DNA of 64,000 bases, taken from NCBI GenBank assembly GCA_010093605.1, contig MU004183.1:2542001-2606000 (forward strand), given 5' to 3'. Shown here piece after piece: positions 11,689 through 23,499 of the stretch. This DNA is from Lophium mytilinum (Eukaryota). Made by a program: the position numbers and the translations under genes. Every line of letters begins with the position of its first letter. Position 1 is the first letter of the stretch. The notes beneath the pieces were generated by a model. The model was not told where the DNA came from and made no database searches. It worked only from the letters and a program-made list of their open reading frames with translations.

Positions 11689-12656
11689 AAGCCAACGACC
11701 TGAAGTCGGTGCGAGAGACGCATATCATAAAGCTTGCCACAGGCTACACTTTCAACAACGCTCGTATGGGGAGGCTGACACAATCTCAACTCGGCCTTAT
11801 ATGATCTCAACTCCTTAAGTCCCTGTTCTTTCGACTCTTTCGTCCTTTGTTCCTATTCATGGCTAATTGGCGAGCCCGCATTCGTGACATACCGATGTAC
11901 GTTGTTCCTGTCCTCTCAAAAGCGCAGTATACTTTGGGAACGGGTACAGAGGTATGAGGGCGATATATTGCTCGGTGGCGGTATCGAAAAGGTGTTGGAA
12001 CGGGCCGTATTTGATACATATGCGATCTATAAGGAAGAGTACGATCGAGGCATGTGGGCGGAAGCGCGTCAGAGTCGCGGTGGCGATGAACGGAGTGACA
12101 CCTAATCTATGAGGCCTCAACAGGAGCACTGTGGGATTGCTGCTTGGACATTAGGTTCGGGATTGGGAATGATGAAGGTTGTCCATGTCGCGGGAGCTGG
12201 AGACCTTTGTTTGCCGAGACGTGACGCACGGTCCACTCTACCCATACTTGAACGTCCCCTGCGTCCCTAAGCTCTATCCCCTTTCCATCACACATCATCA
12301 ACACATGTCACTCCGCATACGATACTACTCACAACCTCAGCCATGTCAAGCCCACAGAGCTAAGATTCCTAACATATCAATGAATATGCTAGCCTACATA
12401 CCGTAAGCTAAGTCTTTCAAAGAACTTCCTAACATGTCTGGACCGTTCCAAGAAGAGTGGAAGAAAGTCTCCAGAAAAAAGCTTTCTTTTTGAGTTTCAT
12501 CTATATCTAAGTCCTCAGCATGCGTACATGTATGTACATCTCGATCCCTGTACAACTATCTCAATCGCCTAGTTCCAAATAGAACTATCTCAACGAGTGA
12601 CTAGAATCGAATCGACGCTCACCATACCAATAAAGCCATCTCATAGGCTAGCTAGC

Positions 12657-13912
12657 TCAAATGTACACAACGGTATAATCGCCCAAAAGTGTGTCACCAC
12701 TTCCATCCGTCGCCGGGTTACAGAACTCAAGTCCCTCGGCAATACCATTCCCACAATCCACATCCGCGGTATAGCAGTTATATGTCGGCGTGAAAGTTAC
12801 GAACGCGGTCGTCCCGAGCGCCTGTCCAAGATTGTTCGAAACAGACACAGTGGTCCCGTTCTCGACCCCGGTGCCAGTGGATTCTCCAATTGCGATAGCG
12901 AACTCATAGCTGCCCGTAACTGTGGTTTCGAAACCAAACAGCTCGGACCCTGCGGTCGCAGCTACGCTAACACCGGCACTGTTGGTGATGGTCTGGTCTT
13001 TGGTGGAGGTTAGGCTTGTGGACACGGAGACGCCGTGGTTGACAATGAAGGAGCAGGCGCCCGTCGTGCAAGTTTGGGTGTTGGCGACGAGAGTTTGGTA
13101 GCCGGCGACGGGGTAGGGTCCGTCTTTTACGGTGGATTTGCACTTTTTGTCGTCGCGAGCGTGAACTGCGGCAACAGCGCGGGCCGCAGGAGAGAGGGCT
13201 TCTCTTGCTTCGAGAGCCTGATGAGGGTCAACTTTATTTCTGTTTACTAGTACGCTAGAGAGAAGGCGGCCTTACTTCAGGTTCAATTACTGTCTTTGCC
13301 TTGGGCTTCTCCACCGCGTCGACATCATCCAAGCCTCGCCGAGTCAAGGCCGTATTTCCAACAGCGAGAGACTTGCAGTCGCCACCTCCACAGCAAAAGG
13401 TACCTGCGATGTTCGCACCGACCTAGAAACTCATCTATTAGAGAAGCTACGACGTAGCACAGTCCTTCAGCTTGACTCACGGGAATATTCGAATAGAAAC
13501 ACCCATCCCTCCCGGCATTTACAATCACATTCCCAGGTGGCTGAACTGGATCAACTCCCAATCTCCCATACGTCGTCTGCGAGTACTCCGTCAACAGCGC
13601 TAATCGACAGCTCGGATCAAGTTCTTGGCCATTCTTCCACCAGACATTATACGCTGAGCTGCCTGAAGGAGTTTGGGCTCCTGGGAAGTCAGTATCCATG
13701 AACCAGTAGGCACCGGACCAGGAACTAATGCCCCCGCCAAGGTCGAAGTATCCGGTGTCGCCGTTTTTGTGCGGGTTGTCATTGTATGAGGCGTCGATGG
13801 GATTTTTGCAGCTAGAGTCGGAGTAGGGAATTAGGCTGTATCTAGCGAAGGTGTCGTGGGCGTTTAAAAAAGTGGCGAGGGCTGCCAGCTTTACAAACTG
13901 CATGGTGTACAT
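12657..13912 (-). CDS. secreted Cys-containing protein with a C-terminal aerolysin/ETX-MTX2-like beta domain (about 376-379 aa, 3 exons)
   Basis: Signal-peptide-like MQFVKLAALATFLNAHDTFA. Introns 13423-13480 and 13218-13275 (58 nt each, GT-AG, phase 0) join exons 13912-13481, 13422-13276 and 13217-12657 into one frame. The C-terminus has Ser/Thr-alternating strands and TAFVTFTPTYNC. Confidence 0.8.
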
Positions 13913-15620
13913 CTTGAGCAAATGGTTCTCAGAATCTTGGGGAGATTGAATAGGTGCGATCTGATCGCTGAAAGAGAAATGGACTGCGGAGGAAGAGATG
14001 GAACGGTGATCGAACTGTATGCTGCAACATTTACATCTCGTCCTTCTAGTACTTACACGTCATGGGCGTGTCGTCATTGCCATTACCAAGAAGGTACGTC
14101 CAAGCCGCATCCTCATCCTCCTCTTAGGTAGTGACGTTGCCGTAGGAAGGCCCAATCTTCTGCCACTAAGCTGGCTCTGGGCATCGTGAAGCCAGTTAAT
14201 ATGGAACGAAACCGCTCCGAGATTTTGGGTGGAGACTACACTCCACTGCATGGCCACCGAGAAGGAGGATCGAAAAAACCAACTCCGGCGAGGTCTGTAT
14301 GAGGATTCTTATGCTTGAACGTTCACTCAAGACAGAACCTTGTGCCAAGGGGACAAATGAGGATCTTCTTTTTCTATGGCCCGGGTGTCTAGTGTGGTTT
14401 TTTGCTCGTCCACCAAAGCGGAGGCGCTAAGATTTCGAGGTGGTACGTTGCGTGTAGTGCTAGACTTTCGGCTATCTGATCCGACGTTGGAGCACTACAA
14501 CACCGCGGCCCGTCGTTGATGGGAGATCTCGGAGCCGTAGAGCCAGAATCTCCATTAGGTGCTGCGATGTTGCAGGACGACTTGTGGCATGTTCAGGTTT
14601 GTAAAGAGTATCCCTAGTGCCCTACTCACTAAAAAATCTCTTTGAATCAGCTAAACCCTAGGTCTCGAAAACGCAGGTCCTCAGATCACGAGCTAATGGA
14701 AGGATCAGCAAAGAGCTTTCAGCCTTACACACATCCTTGTGAAGTGCGGAGTAGATGAAACGCGTCCTCTTATAGTACGGACACGGATTTTTAATTTCCG
14801 ATCGGTATATGACGCAATGCTTATTCCTATAACGCTACGATCAGCAAAGAGGATTGGAGTTCCTTACAGCGATGTCTGGGCTAGTTGGCTGTTCTTGGTA
14901 TGTGCAGCCATATCTACTTCCTAGATGATTGAGGATTTCGTTAGCGTCAGAACGGGCGGATAGTGACCCGAAAGTGTCATCTGTCCTCGTCCTTTCAGCC
15001 CCACTCTAGGTCATTATAAGGTCTGAAGGAAGCAAACGGTCTGTCGGCGATGCCGGACGGGGGACTTCAATACCTCAAATTTGGCTGGGGACTATTGCCT
15101 ATGTCGACGGCGCCGCCAAGTCTTTGCTGGCATGGATGTAAGGTAGTAGGGGTGTCTCTTGCTAATTGTCAGCGCTTTCGGGCACTCAGCCAGGGCTGTG
15201 TTCTTGGTGTTGCGGGAGCCTCCCAAAACGGTGTCACAAACGTCCATTTTCGGAGGGGTTTTTACCGGAAACCTAGGTACGCTGGCGTGTAAAACGCCAC
15301 CCGTCAAAAGTTTCCTCTGCGAAGTGGCTGAGTCAACTGAGATAAAAACGTTAGTGGGAACAGCCTGTTATCGCCTTAGACTACGCCCATTTCTACCTCT
15401 GCATGTGTGATCTCCGATCATACAAAACTCGTCGCCTCATCATATTCCTTTCATAGGGCAAATCTCGCTTCCAGCTCACTTGCAGACCTTATCAACGAGT
15501 CGTGAGGAGTTCACATCGCAAGGCTACGGCAGGTTTCTGCCTGGTGACCAAAGCTGCTAGGCTCCTACGCGAGATCTGGAGCTGATTCCAACGTGCTTCC
15601 GCGAAGCTATATAGCGCGAG

Positions 15621-17588
15621 ATGCCCTCGTACGAATTACTGCCGCTGAATGCTGCAATTGAGCAGCCCGTACCGACAGAGGCCGGTGTACAACCTGGAAA
15701 GGCCCAAGACAATCTAAGTGGTGTCAATGAAGACCAGTATTTCTATGAAGGTACTGCGAAAACAACTCCTGAGATAGAAGCAACGATCTCTTCAGTCTTT
15801 GACCCCCAAGGTGTGCAGTCTGGGAGACTTTCGGAGCGAAAGGGGGCCGATGGCACAATCGCAGCAGGGACAGAGGAGGATAAAGACCGTCACGAAGGTA
15901 CAACAACTGGCCAGATCAACTCTACCTGGAAACGTCTCTCGACCTCTATGACAGACAGCTGGATACCTGAAATAGCAAGCCTGGCGACTTCCATCGCTTT
16001 GCTGATCGGTTTAGCTGTTCTCTTCATTACCTGGGATGGCAAGTTTACATCGAAGTGGACAGCATGGCTATCGTTTCCCACCGTGGTCGCCGTCATGACG
16101 AAGGCATCGCAAGCGGCACTAGCAGTCCCGGTCGCGAGCTCCTTGAGCCAAATGGGATGGATGCATTTCCATGAACAGAATGCCGTGCTCGACTTCCAGC
16201 GCTTCGACGCGGCGACGAGAAGTCCGTGGGGGGCATTTATCCTTATGTTTACTGTTCCTACCGGTATGGTTTTCCTGGGCATTTTGATCGTCATACCTGG
16301 CCTCGGATTCGAGGCAGCCGCACAGCAATGTCTGGAGGTGAAAGTGCCAACGACGATACCTATCCTGGTACAACTGGATCGCTTCGGCAACTTTACAGGC
16401 AACAATGTTATTGTATCCGATGGTCTGAAGGACGCCGCAACGAGGGCTTTGGCGTCGAGAAATCAGAATTATGCTCGAAACGTGCCTCTTATCGAGATGG
16501 TTCCAAATGGGAACGCAAGGACCCAAGTCAACCTTCCAAGTTCACTAGATTATGCGTGCACGACGGCGCATTGTGAGCCGCCGCCGTATGCGACACTCAG
16601 CTTGTGTTCAACCTGCGAAGATATTAGCCAGGAGCTTGTGGCGGAATCGTCCATCGCATCTTTACCAAGCGGTGGTAGCGTCGACAGTCATGGCAAAATC
16701 CTGAGCATCACTCCCCATCGCGTCGGTTACGACTATGATCTTTCCTGGACGGGAATATTGACACTTGCTAACTTTAGTATGATTGAGTCTCTATTCCTGT
16801 GGCCTGACGACACTACGCAGGTGCAGACGTTTGCAGCCCAGCGCTGCGTCATCAACCTCTGCACGAATATCTACCAATTAGACATCTCCGTGGGCAGCAC
16901 AGGTACGAGCGGAGCTAATGAAATACTGCTCGCTAGTGTCACGCAATGTTCAAGAGGCAGCAGGGACGGCGCTTCTGATGCCGCAGACTGGAGTCTTCCA
17001 GTTCCGCAGGGGACAGTCTTGAGGTACCCAGACCAGCGCACGCGGAAATGGCGAAGCGGTCCCTCGGAGTACCTCGACAGCAATTCGCCGGGCTTTGGTA
17101 CATTCACAACACCCTACGGAATTGACAATAGTAGCCTGGCCTTCTTGTCAGACTACTTCGCATCTCTCTTCAACGGCAGCGATTCTCAATCATGGTCGGA
17201 AGGCTTTCCAGTCCCCCAGAATGCATTGTTTTATGCGCAACAGCCAGCTGGAATTGGATTCTGGCACTCGTTGTCATACGCATTTACAACGTATAATTAC
17301 GTTGATCTGGACCATGCCACCCTTCAGATCAGCGGTGCAATTTCCAACATTGTTACGAGCATGGGCAATTGGCTTCGAGATTATACTTTTGCATTGACTC
17401 CTGGCATTAACGATAATCCGTACTACGTGGGAGTACGTGAAAACACATATCACATTCGTTGGGGCTGGTTTGCGCTACCAGCGGCTGTTGAGCTACTGGC
17501 AATGCTTCTCCTCATTTTGACTATCCTGAAAACCCGGCAAACGAAGCTGCCAGTGTGGAAGACAAGCACGACGTACCTATATACCTGA
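15621..17588 (+). CDS. DUF3176-family membrane protein
   Basis: SWIPEIASL...WDGK...LSQMGWMHF...LDFQRFDAATRSPWGA signature, Cys-containing luminal region, C-terminal HIRWGW-TM-LPVWKTS. Confidence 0.85.
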   Translation: MPSYELLPLNAAIEQPVPTEAGVQPGKAQDNLSGVNEDQYFYEGTAKTTPEIEATISSVFDPQGVQSGRLSERKGADGTIAAGTEEDKDRHEGTTTGQINSTWKRLSTSMTDSWIPEIASLATSIALLIGLAVLFITWDGKFTSKWTAWLSFPTVVAVMTKASQAALAVPVASSLSQMGWMHFHEQNAVLDFQRFDAATRSPWGAFILMFTVPTGMVFLGILIVIPGLGFEAAAQQCLEVKVPTTIPILVQLDRFGNFTGNNVIVSDGLKDAATRALASRNQNYARNVPLIEMVPNGNARTQVNLPSSLDYACTTAHCEPPPYATLSLCSTCEDISQELVAESSIASLPSGGSVDSHGKILSITPHRVGYDYDLSWTGILTLANFSMIESLFLWPDDTTQVQTFAAQRCVINLCTNIYQLDISVGSTGTSGANEILLASVTQCSRGSRDGASDAADWSLPVPQGTVLRYPDQRTRKWRSGPSEYLDSNSPGFGTFTTPYGIDNSSLAFLSDYFASLFNGSDSQSWSEGFPVPQNALFYAQQPAGIGFWHSLSYAFTTYNYVDLDHATLQISGAISNIVTSMGNWLRDYTFALTPGINDNPYYVGVRENTYHIRWGWFALPAAVELLAMLLLILTILKTRQTKLPVWKTSTTYLYT

Positions 17589-18245
17589 GTATCTATGTGT
17601 TGGCAAAGGAGGCGTAAATTTGCCTTAAAAAGCCACCCGGTCAGCATTGCATGCGAACAGTCCCGCCTTAGTGTGACCATGACTTTCCTGGCGAGCTGCA
17701 GGAGTAAAGAAACTCAAACTGGTCTTATCGTAGGTGTGCCAGCTTGGTTGGATAGGATGCTGAGATAGCAGCGGCGAGGACCGTTACACAGCGTCTTTTG
17801 AGGGAAGTGGATCAGACAGATCCAGTAGAACCGATGGACATTGGCGAAGGCTGAAAGACTTTGGCACATGTGCATGACAATGCCACGTACCTAAAGAAGG
17901 CAACGCGGGGTAAGGCTGAGGTTCTGGTGAAGTTGACCGTCAAGCATCCGCACCAGCCCAAACTTCCACAGATCGTCACTCCTCATCGCAAAGTGCTCAA
18001 ATAGTGTCTTTCGAGGCCTAGAAGAAGTGGGAGATACTCTTATCTAGTGGACATCCTTAGACTGATTCGACGGTAACTCGATTTGTTCCCGGAAACGCCG
18101 CTCGGCGCTTCGTCAAAGGAATCCCATCTCCAACATGTGCATTCAGGTCCCGAGCCCTAGGAAATGTCTGCTCAGCTCGCTGATGTAAATTTAGCACACC
18201 TTGACTTATCTACGAGCACGATCCTGCGATTGAAACGAGGAAAGC

Positions 18246-20381
18246 ATGGCCAACTCCAGCAGCACAAACACACCTCACAATCTAGGTCCTCTTTGCGAGA
18301 ATTGTCTGCATATATTTAAAGGGCATAAGCGCCTTTACCGGGAAATGATGCTTACGGCCTCCCCTGCGATCAGCTCGCTCGAGCCGCCGCGGTGTCGTGT
18401 CTGTTTGATCATATGGGCACGCCACAAGCGCGCTGTCGAGAAGGCTGAGAGACTAGGAAAGAGGTTCGAAGTCTTCGAAATACTCTATAGGTTCGATCTC
18501 AGTAATGCAGTTGGAAGAAAACTATTTGGATTGGACCGTGGTGATCCATTCAAATTGGAGGAACTGAACCTGAACATCACACTATACGAAGCAGATGGCT
18601 CGTACGAAGTACCTGGCTCGTATGAGCGGTTTAGCCTTGCTATGATTCGTGCTGATGGTAAATACTCATAAAATAGTTCAGCACTCACACATGCTAACAT
18701 ACTACTCTCTCAAGTTGCACAAGACCTCTATGTGGCAGAGCGCCTACCGCCTAGTACAGAATCTGAGGACTCGATAGATTTCTTGAGGTCTCAATTAAGA
18801 ACATGTCGTGAGAACCACCAAGCTTGTCGCCAGAAATCCGATCTAGGAAAGGGGTGGCAGCCAAGCCGTCTACTCGAAATTGGCGGAGCAGAGCATGATA
18901 CAGTATATCTTCGGAATGGGGACAGAGTAACGTCCCAGCCCTACTTCACATTGAGCCATTGTTGGGGGAACATGAAGCCAATACAGCTTACAAGGGAGAC
19001 TGAAGTCTCTCTTCGCACAGGCATCTTGGTCGAAAATCTCCCCAAAACTTTCCGCGACGCGATTTTGATTACGAGGAAACTCTTGGTTCATTGGCTCTGG
19101 ATTGACTCAATGTGTATCTTTCAGGACGATCTTCAGGACTGGAACCGCGAAGCAGTTGCGATGGGCGATGTCTACTCCTACGCGCTTTGCAACATAGCTG
19201 CAACCGGAGCGTTTGATGGGTCCGTTGGATTGTTCTTTGAACGAGAACCGACTGCAGAGTGTGCTTTCTGGGTCGACACGAGCGGTTGTATCTTTTACGA
19301 GGAAGATGGCACCGAATTCCTCCCGAATCCTGCTGGAATCTATCAGCTGTTCCCCATAGATCGATGGGAGTTCGACTTGGAACTAGGCCCTTTGAATAGA
19401 AGAGCCTGGGTCATGCAAGAGCGGTTTCTTTCGACAAGAGTCCTGCACTTCTCAGCCTCTCAGGTGTTCTGGGAGTGCTTGGAGAAAAGCTGTAGTGAGG
19501 TTTTCCCAGATGATATTCCTGAAGTAGCCCAGCCATTCTGGAGTGTAGATGGCCAGCGAGCCTTGAAACAGAACTTTTTTGGGACCCAGAGAGACGATGA
19601 ATGGCAAGAGCGTCTGTATCGGTCATGGCAAGTTTTCGCTAGAGCATACTCCAGATGTGGGCTCACTAAAGCGAGCGATAAGCTTATCGCGATGAACGGC
19701 ATCCGACAGCTACTATCGAGGGTTACTGGAGATAGGCTTATCGGGGGATTATGGAACAGCCACCTAGTTGAGGAACTTTGCTGGATAGCACGTTCCACTC
19801 GTGGTGATGGCGACGCGCAAACGCTTGAGGCTTTCTATCCACAAGAATGGCGCGCCCCGACTTGGAGCTGGGCAAGTACCAATGTGAGAATGCACCCAGG
19901 CAGCATCCGTCATCACATATCGTGCCCAACCTTCCAACAAAAGGTTACTATCGAATCAATCAACGCCGACGCATTTGACTCAGGTGAGCTCAAGCATGCT
20001 TCGCTGAGATTGCGAGGGAAGCTTCTTTACGCGACTGTCGTCATACGAGGGCCTCCATTCGACCTATCGTATACCCATGAGTTTACCTGTGGAAACTCAA
20101 GTATTACGAGGACGTATCACGGTAGCCCCTCGTTCGACTTCACTCTAGACAGTCCAGTCACTCAGCTTCATTCTCGGGAAGCTTTAGTCTGCCTAGGGAT
20201 GTATGCTTGCACTTGCCCAAACCGTGAGCTCGGGGCACTTCTTTTAAGACTTCATGACGCGGGAAAAAACCAGTATGTTCGAGTCGGAACACTCACCGTG
20301 GGAGACGGCTTGGGAGGCGATTACTACGACTTTTACACTGCAAACGAAACGGATATCGAGCACAGTATAGTGATAGTCTAG
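18246..20381 (+). CDS. HET-domain (PF06985-type) heterokaryon incompatibility protein
   Basis: N-terminal CENC...CRVC exon. Intron 18658-18714 (GTAAAT...GCTAAC...AAG) is in frame. Motifs YFTLSHCWG, LPKTFRDAI, WLWIDSMCIFQDD, MGDVYS, PLNRRAWVMQER, DKLIAM, APTWSWAS. Confidence 0.92.
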
Positions 20382-20665
20382 TAGAGAGAACTGCCCTTAT
20401 GCCTCTACTCTAGTATTCATACCATCCTTCGCTGCGCGACTCATTGTTTCGTCCTAGTCTTTCGCTCGTAGCTTTGCTTCCTCGCCGCCCCACCATGACA
20501 TTCTCTTCAATCTTAGCTATATCTCTCCATAGTCATACGTATCCAGTAAGGGCTTCTTCTTCTAGAGGTATGTCTTGTTCGCCTTAACTATAGCCGACTC
20601 TCAACTAACATTCCAGCTAGAAAGTCAGATCCCCTAAAGTCAGATTCCCTAAAGTCCGAGCCACG

Positions 20666-21760
20666 ATGGCGCCGCCATCGAACCAGCAGTCGGCCGCAGC
20701 TGCTAGACGCGCCGCGGTAAGAGAACGAAACAGAGCCAAGCAAGACACCACCCTGGAGGCTCGACAAGCTGCTCGCCTAGTAGATGAGCGAATACCACAG
20801 CTGGCACAGGCTTTAGAGGATGGCATACAATTTGTAGTATCCGCAAGTAGGCTCAATACGTTCATCGAGTCGAAGAATCAATTTATAGAGTGGAGCGAAA
20901 GCGCCGCTCGCATATCCAGCACCGACGCAAATTGCATCTTCCTGCTAGGAGGGCCACCGCTAATGCTAAATGACTGTCATCAGTTCCTTTACTAGTACGC
21001 CCAGAGTTAGTCCGAAAAGATAAAGACTCTAGTAGCTAATGCGTCGGGCAAATTTATATATAGTACTATAACTAAGCCCAGTGTTATTACTATTATAGAA
21101 ACGGCATCTAATCTTAAATATACACACGCATACTTTACCGGGCAACGTCTAAATTAGGACTTAGGCACCCGGCTTTATTAGTAGTTTAAGGGTAAACTGG
21201 CAACATCCTTAGTTCTACCTAGGGATGTAAAAGAGAAGCTTATAGTTTCCCACGCGGATTTTACTCTACTAACTAAGATTCTTTACTCGCCGAAATTCCA
21301 AGCTTTCCACATTTAATACCTAAGGCAGACTCTCCATGTAAATTTGTATATAAATCTCTTAGTCGACCTTACCTACCTATCGCACGAGATTCTAGGTAGA
21401 AGAATCGACGAATCTTTATCTTTCTACTTTACTGCTGTTTCTTACCACTTCCTTATCGTCCCTTACTATTGCACGGAGACTAGGCTGAAACCTATACTCC
21501 ACGGGCGACTAAAGCAACGCGTGGCGGTTAACTAGCTATTTTTTCTAGCTCTAGAGGTACCGAACCCATACTAGGAATGGCTGTAGAATAATTAAAGTTG
21601 TAAGGCTAATAAGCGCTACTTTAGAACGCTTTAACTATAGTTTAAGCCACTACTATATAGCCCTAAATAAATTAAATTAATACTTAAATATGCCCGATCG
21701 GGAAATACTCTAGCGCCTAATAACTACTTTTATATACTTGCATTAACTCTAGAATTATAT
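20666..21760 (+). pseudogene. RIP-degraded tyrosine recombinase resembling a Starship captain (DUF3435); 5' part recognisable
   Basis: One frame from ATG 20666, broken by TAG/TAA stops mostly explicable as RIP of TGG/CAG/CAA: FLY(W)YAQS...KPSVIT...FTGQRL...L..(W)F...L...KEKL.VSHADFTLL..ILY...LRQTLHVNLY.NLLVDLT..SHEI. This matches the recalled captain N-terminal and first catalytic-helix layout. The C-terminal catalytic motifs could not be recovered. Confidence 0.6.
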
Positions 21761-23299
21761 TCTTAGTAAAACTATAATATATACATTACTATATTAGATA
21801 AAGAATAGTTATCCCTTTTTTCTCTTACTATAAAAATTAGTAACGCAGGATAGTAGAGCCTTAAGCTTAACTATAATTATTTCTATATATAGTTTTTATA
21901 ATAGCTATACTATAAATAGCATATTCTCTATATATAATAATAAGCTATCTAGATAAAATAAAGTTCTAAATAGTCTAAATACAACGGAAGTACTTAAGCG
22001 TAAAAAATAGGGCTAGAACTATTAGTTATAGTATAGCAACCGCTATAGAGTTTATAGGGCTAATACCTTAATAATAGCGGAAATACCTTACTATACTAAG
22101 CCTATACGCGAGCATAATACTATAATAATATAGAAATAATATTAAGATATAAAATATATTAAAGTTTAATTACCTTTACTAGTAATATCTTATAAAATAT
22201 ATACTATAAAAAGATAATTTTATTAATTTAATATTCTTTTATACTAAATATTATTTTTACCCTAAATATTATTTTTCTAGTAAATATACTTTTCTACCTT
22301 ACTTATATAAGCTATATTCTTTTCTATTACTTAAGCTTAAAGTTTAGTACCCTATCTACTATACTCTACTATATATTACTACTCTATTATCTATTATACT
22401 ATAGATACTAGACTAGTCTAGAGTAAACTTTCTAAAATAAAAATTATTAAGAAAGATTTAGCCTTATAGTATTAGTATAGTAGTAGATATAGTATTACTA
22501 AAAGAGTAAAAAAGAGATATTTAGAGGTATCTAGAAAATAATACTATAGAATATAGTTCTAGGGGTAAATATAATTTTACTATAAATATTATTTTCTTAT
22601 AGAAAATATATTTCTACTAAAGTATTATAGCTATAACCCGTATAGTTATACTTTCTATTATATAAGCTCTAGAGGAATATTAGCCCGGCCTATAGTCTCT
22701 ACGCCTATATTATAGTATAGCCTCTATTTCTCTTTCTCTAGCTTATAATATCTAGTTACCTCTATATCTACTATTTCTTATAAACTAATATAGATTTATA
22801 ATATAAAGCTCTCTTATAATAGTAATAATATAGTACTATAGTAGATATAAAATAATATAATCTTTTTAAAAGAGGCTTAAGCTATAATACTCTATAGAAT
22901 ATACTTACTAAGATTATTTTAATATTATATTAGTACGCTACTTATACTATAATTATTATAATATAATACTTAAGTATAGGCTTAGTATAGTAAAGTACTA
23001 TATTATGCTAGTAATATAGCTTTAGAGCCTTTATATAGCGGGCCTTCCCTTAAGAAAAATTAAAATTTTTTAATAGCTAGCTAAACCTTAGAGGCTTATA
23101 TAAGTAAGCTTAACTAAATTAGGCTATATTAATCTTAAAGCTTTTAGTACTTCCCTACTAATTTAATTTACTCTATTTAAATTATATAAATACTATAACT
23201 ATATAATATTAATAATATTAAGTAGGGTAATTAATGCGCTATATCTAATAGCTATATATATACTTATTTAGCGCCGCATAACTAAAATTTAACGCTAGG

Positions 23300-23499
23300 T
23301 ATTAGGGCTTAAGGTTAGAACGTTAGAATTATTAAATTAAATAGTATTAATATTAATAAAAAATAAATATAAGAGAGAAAGAGGTTTCTAGAATAGATGT
23401 TATAATAACCTAAAGAGTAGAGTAATATTTACCTATTCTATAGAGCCTCTATTATATAACCTCTAGTTATATATTATGCGCAATTATATAGCTATAATA
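23300..23499 (-). repeat. 3' LTR of element A
   Basis: tattagggcttaagg...gctataata, a direct repeat of 31682-31881 and 61830-62029, adjacent to the PPT. Confidence 0.93.

Noticed and set aside
11807..12129. Short protein-like fragment (ILWERVQRYEGDILLGGG...)
   Set aside because: No clear start, splice model or family; at most a gene relic.
14130..15600. Long intergenic region inspected for tRNA, 5S rRNA or structured RNA
   Set aside because: No tRNA boxes or 5S signature recognised by eye; a covariance-model search would be needed.
17560..17860. Possibly truncated C-terminus of the DUF3176 gene
   Set aside because: The ORF ends soon after WKTS, but I found no convincing intron or displaced 3' exon, so truncation cannot be supported.
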